From contig CAUYUJ010000335.1 of NCBI GenBank assembly GCA_963575745.1, positions 62,001-115,174 on the forward strand: 53,174 nucleotides of DNA, in the 5' to 3' direction. Position 1 is the stretch's first letter, and every line of letters begins with the position of its first letter. Under the pieces are notes generated by a model, which was given only the letters and a program-made list of their open reading frames with translations, was not told the origin of the DNA and made no database searches. Positions 39,948 to 48,239 of the stretch are shown here, one piece after another. The stretch comes from Prorocentrum cordatum. Lineage: Eukaryota. The position numbers and the translations under genes are program-made.

Positions 39948-42900
39948 AAAAAAGGCAATTATCGCATGCAAGTGATGCCGCCATGTGTTTGCGGCACACG
40001 CGGTTCAGCCGCTTAGAAGAAGAACGGCCTTTGGTGAGCACACCCGTCACGACCAGCGAGTCCAGGATGTGCAGGTAGCGCCGGGAGTGGTACATGATTG
40101 AAATGGCACGCCGCCTCAACCAGGTCCCCGCCGCGTGCGCCTCAAGGGTGTTGATGTGCTGCTCGTGCTGCCATCGCCATGACAGCACGGTCTTCCACTC
40201 CCACTCAAGAGCGGGGCACGGCACCCTAGCAGGGGGCGAATGGAAAGGATCGTCGACGATCAGCCTCACGTCAGTGCCCCGGTGGTCGCACTTGCGGAGC
40301 ATGAGCTTCAGATGTTCGATCTCCTGGCCCGGGGCCATGGTAGCCTCGAGCTCACGCACGGACGCGACCACGCGCTCCGAGACGCCCTTTTCGACGAACA
40401 TCTTCCCTGCTCGGGCGAGCCGGGCACGCAGCGCCTCCTCCCGCCTCGCAGGGTCCACCTCCCGGGGTGGCACCGCGGGTCGCGACAGCGCGCCGGCGAC
40501 GACCTCCGCGCAACTCTGGCACAGCGCGCCCGGGTACTCGTAGAAGTGGCACGGGTCCTTAGGCGGCACCGTGGGGCAGGAGCAGGGCCCGTCGCGATGG
40601 AGCATGGCATGGAGCTCGCGGCAGTTGTGAGCGAAGCAGGTGGCCCTCCGCGCGCCGCCGAAGCAACAGTAGGAGAGCTCAGAGTAAAATGCCCCCTCCT
40701 TCTCCTCTAGCTCCTTGGCCTGCGCGAAGTCCCAGAGCCAGCTGTCGCACGGGTTCTCGATGCACCAATGCTTCCCCTGCCCGTGGCGCTCCAAGGCACA
40801 AGCGAGGGCCTTCTTGCCCATCGCGTCGGATCGCCGCACCTCGAACGCGAGAGTGCGCGGGAGCCCAGGGATCCCAATGATGCGCCTGGCGTTCCGCACC
40901 CGGTCTGGCCCAGGAGCCCTCGACAAGAAGCGCCACTCGGGAGCAAAATGCTCCCAGGCAAGCGCCGTCTCGGCCTGCTCGGTGGTCAAAATCTCCTTGC
41001 CCTCCTGGGAAAAGAAATCGCGGCCCATAGCGTCGTCGAAGGGCCTCTGCACAGGAATGCCCCACTGCGCCACTGCCTGCGTCAGCGGGGCACGAGGGCA
41101 AGAGAACCGCTCTGCGAAACACGGGCAGCGTCCGCACTTCCCGCAGTTCTCTCGGTGGTCAGCCGCGCTGCGGGGGTCGCCGATCTGGGCGCCGCAAGGG
41201 GCCCGTATAGGGCTCTCGCCGGACTGGCGGTAGCTGGGCTGGCAAGCCGAACCCGCGGTAACGAACGGCCGGAACGACATCGCCACCGCAACTCCGCCGC
41301 CTGTGAGCGACGCGTCCGAGCACGAGACAATCCCATCGAGCGTGGCGCGTATGTTGGTGAAGGCGAGCGGGGCGAAGATGGTGAAGGACAGGACCGCGTC
41401 GAACGCGTCGTCCTTCGGCACCGCCGCCCCAGCCTCCAGCAACTTGATCTGCCAGAACACCTCCTGCAGCACCGCGTAGAGCGGCCCCCGAAACACCGGC
41501 GCGAAGCAAGCCTTCCCAGCCCAGTGCCGGAGCGCTCGCGCGCTCCACCGAGGCTGGGCCAGCAGCGCCAGGCCCAGCCAGACCAAGTCGGCCCCCTTCG
41601 AGGGCTGGAGCCCGAAGGTCCCGCGGGAGCTGTCCAGAAAGCCCCCTTGAAGGGATGCCGCCGTCGCCCCGATCAAGGATTTTCCCGTGTTCAGCGGGAG
41701 GCCGAGCTCGGAGCACACGTTGACGAAACGGGCGTGCTCCTCTGTCTCCCCCCCCATCTGGGCCTCGGCGAGAGCCCGGTCGACAACCCGGAGTCGGTCG
41801 TACGAGTCGAGGTAAAGGATGGACAAGTCGTCCTGCGGGGGTAGGCCCCTGCCCTTCTGCACCTCGGTGGCGGGGGAGACCCGCGCGAGCCCGAACGCAA
41901 GACGTCGGACAACCGACTGCATGATGGCGACGGCACTGTTCCAACCCATGGGCACGACGCACAAGGCGGGGCGCACCCACTCTTTCTCTGGCAGGCCCAT
42001 AGCGCTGCCAGAGTCGGGCAGAGTGAACAGGTTGAAGCAGCTCTCGAAGTCCTCGGAGTCGATGAGAACCTCTTCTCCCTCCTCCAAATGAAGGAGGGTG
42101 ACCTGCCCGACGTGCGGCAACTTGTCGTCGTCCCCCGTGATGCGGGTCAGGTAGTCGTTGATGGGGCAAAAGATGCTGATAAAGCGGGGGAGTTCCTGTC
42201 GCACTCCGTCCTTGTACTTGATCTTCTCGACGCCGCTGGCCCCGTTGTACACAGGCTGGCCGTCGACGCCGCGGAACACATCCTCCTCCCTCACTGGTTT
42301 CATCATGCCCCTTTGGAATGCCGCGGCCACCAAGTCAGCCCAGGCCCCCTGAGAAGCACGGACGTAACTCTTCCTAGCTGCCGCGGGCCAAAAGGCCCGG
42401 TCCAGGAGGTTCGAGCTGGGATCCACGACCTTCTCAAGCACCTCGCCCTCGAGGAACTTGGTAACGGACTGGATTGCCGCGGACCCCACTGCCGGCCATG
42501 CTGGGACGACCCTCCTTGGCGTGAGCGCCTCCATCTTGACAACCAGGCCCGAGGCCCCGTAGTCCACTGGAAGCGTCGTGAGCTTCTTCCTGAGGACCTT
42601 CAGCGACGGTGCCTGCCCAGCGGCGTCGGGCTGGCTGGACACGAATGCGACGACAGCCATCGCAACATGCCGGACCAGCCTGAGTTGAGGCTGCGACAGC
42701 CTCAGTGCCGGGCCCTTCCGAGGTGGCTCAGCGCCCGCTCCGAGATAATGGAAGTTGAGGGCGGACAAAATACAGCAGACCCACTGGCGGAGGCCGCCGC
42801 CCCATCGCCCCAGGGATGCCTCCTCGAACCCATGGCCCAAGACCTTCTCGGCAGAGAGCTCCCGGACGGCCTCGACCGCAATCGGCAGGATGTCTTGGGT

Positions 42901-43656
42901 GGCTCCGCGAGACCCTCGGGCAGAGGGTGGTGCAGCGCGCCCTAAAGAACGCGGCAGGTCGCCCAAGGGAGTCGCGAGCTCGTCCCAGTGCGCATCCAGC
43001 CAGATGAAGGCATCGAAGAGCCCTGGCCGAGAGGCGAGGGCCACCTCGAGGTCTGCCCGCCAGCTCTCCCTGGTCACGTGGCCCTTGCGCGGCGGCGGCG
43101 AAAGTCTCGGGAGCGAGCCCTCCCGGTAAATATCAAGCATCGGGCGTTCTGGCGACTCCAGGCCCCCACGCGGCTCTGAGCCCGACGTAGGCTCGAAGGA
43201 AGCCGCTGGCTCCTCTGGCGGCGCCCGCGCGTCGCAGAGTCGCACGACGCGCCGGCGTCCACCCAGCGAGGGGCTTCCCGCAGGCTTCAAAACGGCAGCC
43301 TCGCGCCCCCTGCACGCTCCGCCGCTGGGGGACCGCGCATCGCGGGATCCAACCCGTGAGTGGGGCGGTCTGGCGACTGCTGTGGACGGGGGGCGGCGCC
43401 GCGGCGCCTCCCGAGGGGCAGCGGTCAGCCGCCGTTGGGAGGCTTCCCTTTGCCGCCCTTTCCGCTCTTGGTCTTGCCGCCACCCTTCTTCCCCTTCTGG
43501 GAGGCTGCGTTCTCGTCGTGGCCCCGGCGCCACGGCTGCGCGCCCACGATCTCCTGGTTGGTCCGCGCCTCCCTCGCGACGGCGACGCCCTCGTCGCGCT
43601 CCAGGAGGGGAGCCCCTTCCTCGGGCATGAGCTCGAGGAGCTGCGCGCGCGTCCAA
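39862..43656 (-). CDS. Pol: reverse transcriptase plus RNase H interrupted by a DNMT-like domain (first ATG at 43140)
   Basis: RT motifs SEDFESCF, PMGW, YLDSYD and GLPLNTGKS. RNase H acidic residues SDAS, HINTLE, LDSLV and NFSDFASR. The insert contains ERFSC, HFAPEW, CIENP and CCFGGARRAT. Confidence 0.88.
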   Translation of the reverse strand: MDARAAPRAHARGRGSPPGARRGRRRREGGADQPGDRGRAAVAPGPRRERSLPEGEEGWRQDQERKGRQREASQRRLTAAPREAPRRRPPSTAVARPPHSRVGSRDARSPSGGACRGREAAVLKPAGSPSLGGRRRVVRLCDARAPPEEPAASFEPTSGSEPRGGLESPERPMLDIYREGSLPRLSPPPRKGHVTRESWRADLEVALASRPGLFDAFIWLDAHWDELATPLGDLPRSLGRAAPPSARGSRGATQDILPIAVEAVRELSAEKVLGHGFEEASLGRWGGGLRQWVCCILSALNFHYLGAGAEPPRKGPALRLSQPQLRLVRHVAMAVVAFVSSQPDAAGQAPSLKVLRKKLTTLPVDYGASGLVVKMEALTPRRVVPAWPAVGSAAIQSVTKFLEGEVLEKVVDPSSNLLDRAFWPAAARKSYVRASQGAWADLVAAAFQRGMMKPVREEDVFRGVDGQPVYNGASGVEKIKYKDGVRQELPRFISIFCPINDYLTRITGDDDKLPHVGQVTLLHLEEGEEVLIDSEDFESCFNLFTLPDSGSAMGLPEKEWVRPALCVVPMGWNSAVAIMQSVVRRLAFGLARVSPATEVQKGRGLPPQDDLSILYLDSYDRLRVVDRALAEAQMGGETEEHARFVNVCSELGLPLNTGKSLIGATAASLQGGFLDSSRGTFGLQPSKGADLVWLGLALLAQPRWSARALRHWAGKACFAPVFRGPLYAVLQEVFWQIKLLEAGAAVPKDDAFDAVLSFTIFAPLAFTNIRATLDGIVSCSDASLTGGGVAVAMSFRPFVTAGSACQPSYRQSGESPIRAPCGAQIGDPRSAADHRENCGKCGRCPCFAERFSCPRAPLTQAVAQWGIPVQRPFDDAMGRDFFSQEGKEILTTEQAETALAWEHFAPEWRFLSRAPGPDRVRNARRIIGIPGLPRTLAFEVRRSDAMGKKALACALERHGQGKHWCIENPCDSWLWDFAQAKELEEKEGAFYSELSYCCFGGARRATCFAHNCRELHAMLHRDGPCSCPTVPPKDPCHFYEYPGALCQSCAEVVAGALSRPAVPPREVDPARREEALRARLARAGKMFVEKGVSERVVASVRELEATMAPGQEIEHLKLMLRKCDHRGTDVRLIVDDPFHSPPARVPCPALEWEWKTVLSWRWQHEQHINTLEAHAAGTWLRRRAISIMYHSRRYLHILDSLVVTGVLTKGRSSSKRLNRVCRKHMAASLACDNCLFYAWTVFAWNFSDFASRNAGASSAGPSRP

Positions 43657-45069
43657 GCGCCGTCGTGCAGCGCCTTGTCGATCGCCTTGATCCTCTGGGC
43701 CACAACGTCGGCAGCCTCCTCGGGCCTCTGCGTCGCCAGGAGGTCCAGGATGAGGGACAGCGTCCGCAACTCCCTCCTGTCGCGAAGCGCCATGCGCGTG
43801 GCCAGGGTCGGAACCATCACCGTCAAAAAGTACGATGTCGCTGCCGGAGGCGTCTGATTCAGATCGCCCAGGCTGCCCAGCTGGGCATGCACGGCCCCCC
43901 CCTCCCTGCTGACGCCGGCTGCCATCTTGAGCAGGAGCCGCGCGGCCAGCCGTCCTGGATGACGCTGGGAATAGGACACCAACTGGAGCTGCTTGCTCCC
44001 GTTGGCGGAGGAGGGGGCCTCGCGAAAACCCGGCCTCGACCCTGAGCGTGAACGACGCCTCCGCCTCGAACGCGAGCGCGACTCCGAAGAGGAGAACGCC
44101 GCCAACGGGCCAGCACCGTAGGGGCCCCGGTCGCCGCCTCGACGGCGACGACGTTCGCGGCCCCCTCGGCTGCGGGAGCGGTCGCGGTCGCGGTCGCGAG
44201 CGTGCCGGGGGGTAGGGGAACGGGCGCGCCGACCCTCGGGCGCATCCACAAGCGGCGGCGCCGACGCACCTCCAGCTTGGTCAGCGTCCCCACCTCCAGC
44301 AGAGCGGCCCCCGGCAGCACGACCACCGCGCCTCGGGGACCGGGCAGTCCCCCCAAACAGGCCAGGCCTGCTAGGGCCACCTCGGCCCCTTCCGAGGGTG
44401 ACCCGAGCGTTCGCGCCTCCTCCCGCGAGGCTCATCAGCAAGGTCACGACGTAGATTCGCAAGCTGGTCTGCGACAGGAGCTGCCGCAGCCGCACCGCGG
44501 GAGGGAGATCCCTCTGGCTGCCGCTGCTGCCGCGGCTGCTCGACAAGCTCTCCGTCGAAGAACTCGCCGCGGTCTCCGCCTGCGGGGACTCCCCCAGGCG
44601 GGTAAGCCTCCCGGCGCCCCCCATCAAGGTTGCCGAGGTACTCCTCCACACGCTCGGCGGCAACACCCCTACCAGCCCAACCGATCGCACCCGTGGCCAG
44701 CGCCGCCCTGGGGACCGCCCTGACACGGGCGAAATGCAGAGCGTAATCGGCACCAGCCTTGACGCTCTGGCAGGTGGCCGCCTCACCTCGGCAAAGGTGG
44801 TACCAGGCTGGGCTGGGCGGCTTGTCCGCCGACTCCCGCACGTACCAGTCGTAGTACTCGTCGCTCGCGGCAATGTACACGGCCTCGAGCCATCGAACCC
44901 TCGCCGAGGCGGTAGCCGTGCTAGTCACCGCGAGCAGCATCGTGCCCTGCTCGTCGCCCGCGTCGTCCGAGCACTGGACCTCCACGATCTGGCCGGAGCG
45001 GAGCTCGAAGTGATCGAAAAAGTCTGGGTCGGCCACGGCGTCGAACCATGGCCCGACTGGGGGCGGCAT
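43425..45069 (-). pseudogene. Gag-like ORF1, apparently split by one frameshift near 44400-44445
   Basis: Protein-like N-terminal half in ORF 45114-44371 (ATG at 45069). Protein-like C-terminal half (RS-rich, then a helical region and a KG-rich tail) in ORF 44873-43425. It is the first ORF after A1. Confidence 0.7.
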
Positions 45070-45275
45070 CCCGCAGAGCAGCCACGGGCTCAGCGGGAGT
45101 GCGGGCCGCCCCACGAATCTCGGCCCACGGGCCGGTAACCGGGATAGCTCGGCTCAGGAGGCCGGTAGGTATTTGGGCTCCCAGGCGAGATTGCCTAGGG
45201 GCCACAGCTGGCGTGGGCCCCCCGCGCCCGCGCCCCGCGCGCGCGCAGCGGGCAAGGCAGTGAGCCTGGCTCGCA

Positions 45276-45354
45276 CCTGAAAAGGCTGTGGAATCACTGG
45301 CGCCGCGATAGGCCCGCTCCTACCTCCTACCGTCGGGGCGGTGCTGACTCCAAT
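45276..45354 (-). repeat. Split direct repeat A1 (79 bp), 5' end of the element
   Basis: Matches A2 (38655-38733) with 1 mismatch. Confidence 0.97.
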
Positions 45355-45472
45355 ATATATATATATATATATATCTATATATAATATATATGTATATAGA
45401 TGTGACATTTGTGTGTATATATATAAGTAAAAACCACTCGACTCAAGCATAATACCAAAAACATATATATAT

Positions 45473-45503
<31 letters not shown>

Positions 45504-45696
45504 GTAAATAGATCTGTGAACATATAACACGCGGACGACCCTTCGCCGGCCCGCTGCCCTTCACCAGGGGGGGGCAGCCGGCTGCCCGCGCTCCGGGGAG
45601 CCAGCCGCCTGCCCGCCCCCTCCGGCGCACGGCGCGCAAGTAGACTGCCCGTGCGCCTGCCTGCCTAACGCGCCGCTCGTCCTCTTGAATTCTCCG

Positions 45697-46783
45697 TTCC
45701 TCCTCCTCCTCCTCCTCCTCCTCCTCCTCCGCCTCTCCTCCTCGGCCTGCATCGTGCTCCTGCTCTCCTTCCCGTTCCTGCTCCTCCTCCTCCGCCTCCT
45801 CCCTCCTCCTCTTCCTTGAGTCCTCCCCGCCTCCTCCTCCCTCCTCTCCTCCTCCTCCTCCTCCTCCGCCTACTCCTTCCTCCTTCTTCCTCCTCCCTCA
45901 TCCTCCTCCTCCTCCTCCTCCTCATCCGCCTCGTCCTCCCTCTCCTCTCCTCGTCCTCCCTCCTCCTCCTCCGCCTCCTTGTCCTCCTCCTCCTCCTCCT
46001 CCTCCTCCCCCCTCTCCTCCCCCCCACCCGTCCTCCTCCTCCTCATCCTCCTCGCCCCTCCTCCTACTGTTCCTGCCCTCCTCTCCTCCTCCTCCGCTCC
46101 TCCTTCCCCTCGTCCTCCGTTTCCGCCTTCCTTTCCTCTCCCTCCTCCCTCCTCCTCCTCCTCCTCGCCGTCCGCTCCTCCTCCTCCTCCTCCTCCTCCT
46201 CCTTCCTCCTCCTCCTCCTCCCCTCCTCCCTCCTCCTCTCCTCCTCCTCCCCCTGCTACTCCTGCTCCTGCCCTGCCTCCTGCTCCTCCTCCTCGCCTCC
46301 TCTTCTTTCCTCCTCCTCCTCCTCCTCCTCCTCCTCCCTCCTCCTCATTCCTTATTCATCCTTCGTCCTTCGTCGTTTCCTCCTTCCTCCTCCCTTCTTC
46401 CTCCTTTCCTCCTCCTCCTCCTCCTCCTCCTCCTCCTCCTCGTCCTCCTCCTCCGCCTCCTCCTCCTCCTCCTCCTACTCCACCTCATCCGTTCTCCTCC
46501 CTCCGCCCTGCTGTTCCTCCTCCCCCTCGTCATCCAACAGATCCTCCTCTATCTACTCCTCCTCTTAATCTTATTAGTATTCGTCGTAGTAGTAAGATTA
46601 CTATTAGTAGTACTGTTACCAGTATTATCATCAACATTCGTGTTACCATTAATCGTAGCATTACTCGTCGTATTATTGTGATTATTACTACGATTAGTAT
46701 TACTAACAGTCTTATTGGTATGACTATCCGTAATAGTAACAATTTTACTATTAGTCGTAATAGTAGTAGTAGTAGTAGTAGTA

Positions 46784-46830
<47 letters not shown>
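45697..46830. repeat. (CCT)n tract followed by degenerate (TAG/TAT)n and pure (CGT)n
   Basis: Direct reading of the sequence. Confidence 0.95.
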
Positions 46831-46831
<1 letters not shown>

Positions 46832-46851
46832 CGTAGCCATTTTGGCTCAAG
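46830..46851 (+). other. Exact full-length dinoflagellate spliced-leader exon (DinoSL) at the LINE 5' end
   Basis: TCCGTAGCCATTTTGGCTCAAG matches the consensus DCCGTAGCCATTTTGGCTCAAG at 22/22. It is not followed by a GT donor. Confidence 0.97.
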
Positions 46852-47008
46852 TCCGTAGCGTTTCGCTCAGGACAGAGTCTCTTGGCGTGGGGGAGCGACG
46901 GCCCCCGACAGCTCAGGTCGCCCCCGCGGCGGCACATTTCCATTCACTGTACTGCGGTATCAGCCCGCAACTTTTGCGTACCTACACCACGGCGGGCACG
47001 GCCCGCGG

Positions 47009-48193
47009 ATGTCTCCCGATGGTGCACGTGTGCCTTTGGTCTCGGGTCGCGGACAGCAGCGGCGTGCCTGGGCCCAGCCGTGGAACTGCAAGTCGTGCTG
47101 GAACAATCAGGGAGAGAGCTGGTGGAACCGTGCCGATCGACTTCATTGCAGCAAGTGCAACCTGCATAAGTCGGTCTGCTACGGTGGCCCTCGTTCCTTG
47201 CCCACAGTCCCCGCCGTGCATGCGCAGCAGCGTGCAGGCTCGGGCAGCAGTGGCAAGGTCGAGCAGCAGCTCAAGCAATGCCAGGCAGAGTTGGAGAAGC
47301 TCCGTACGCAGCTCGCTCGAGGGCCCCCGCCATCACCTCCAGACCCACGGGATGCAATGGAGGTGGACGAGGGGGGGGCCGACGGCGATCTCAAGCAGCA
47401 GCTGGCGGAGCTCAACTCGCAGATCGAAGCTATCAAGGACGTTCAATGTAAGGAGGTGCAGCAGGCTTGTCAGCAGATGCGCGAGCGCCAGGCGCGCTTG
47501 CGGCAGCGTGTCTCTGCGGCCAAGCCTCTGGACACACGCCTCAAGGAGCTCTCTTTCACGCATCAGCGGCTTTGTAAGAAGGCGGCGAGGCAAGAAGAGA
47601 ACATTCGTGAGCTGGAGGAGAAGGTCAGGGTCGCCCAGGAGGCGGTGGAGCGTGCCAACAAGGAGCTCAGCGCCACAAAGAGCGAGATGGTCGAGATTGA
47701 GCAGCAGAGGCGCGAGTTGGTCGTCGCCTGCCCTCAGCCACCGCAACCCGAGCAAGGGCAGGCGCAGTCGCTGCAGCAAGTCATCGGCGGGCTCCACGAC
47801 GTCTCCGTGGGCCAGCTGGGTGAGCTGCTGCAGGGCTTCGGAGGCTCGGTGCAGTCGGCGCAGAAGCTGTATGATGCGGTCCAGGAGGTGCGTGAGGCGG
47901 AGCGCGTGTACCGCGAGAAGAGGGAGCAGGAGGCAGCAGCAGCTCGCTCAGCAGCCGAGGCGGCTGAAGCGGAGCGCTCCTCGCCGGCGGCAGCGAGTGC
48001 GCCTGCGCCTGCGGCCAGCCCAGCGGCCAGCTGGATCCCAGACTTCTCGGCGGCCGATGCGGACACGCTGCGTGAGTTCCTGGAGACCTGCAATGTTCAA
48101 GTGCCCGAGGATGAGGACGATCTTCGGGAAGCGGCCAAGCGTGCAGGTGAGCAGCTCGACAGCTTTGCCAAGAAAGCCAGAACGAGGACGTAG
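47009..48193 (+). CDS. LINE ORF1p (RanBP2-like C4 zinc finger plus long coiled coil), 394 aa
   Basis: WNCKSC..WWN....HCSKC followed by E/Q/K/L-rich heptads; lies directly upstream of ORF2. Confidence 0.85.
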   Translation: MSPDGARVPLVSGRGQQRRAWAQPWNCKSCWNNQGESWWNRADRLHCSKCNLHKSVCYGGPRSLPTVPAVHAQQRAGSGSSGKVEQQLKQCQAELEKLRTQLARGPPPSPPDPRDAMEVDEGGADGDLKQQLAELNSQIEAIKDVQCKEVQQACQQMRERQARLRQRVSAAKPLDTRLKELSFTHQRLCKKAARQEENIRELEEKVRVAQEAVERANKELSATKSEMVEIEQQRRELVVACPQPPQPEQGQAQSLQQVIGGLHDVSVGQLGELLQGFGGSVQSAQKLYDAVQEVREAERVYREKREQEAAAARSAAEAAEAERSSPAAASAPAPAASPAASWIPDFSAADADTLREFLETCNVQVPEDEDDLREAAKRAGEQLDSFAKKARTRT

Positions 48194-48239
48194 GCTTGCC
48201 ATTCCTTTGGTGATCAAGCTGTTTCTCATTTTTTGTGCC

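Larger units (their letters stand above)
38408..45354 (-). mobile_element. Full-length tyrosine-recombinase retrotransposon (DIRS order, PAT/Ngaro-type split direct repeats) carrying a C5-methyltransferase-like domain
   Basis: Gag-like ORF, RT/RNase H ORF and YR ORF in order. Repeats A1 45276-45354, B1 38732-38861, A2 38655-38733 and B2 38408-38537. Both flanks are (TA)-rich. Confidence 0.95.

Noticed and set aside
39055..42945. Plus-strand ORFs antisense to the DIRS genes
   Set aside because: They are shadow ORFs of GC3-rich coding sequence with no recognisable motifs.
46830..46900. SL RNA gene, or a CRE/SLACS/NeSL-type insertion into an SL gene
   Set aside because: There is no GT donor or SL intron after AAG, no SL sequence at the 3' flank, and the element has an APE rather than a restriction-like endonuclease.
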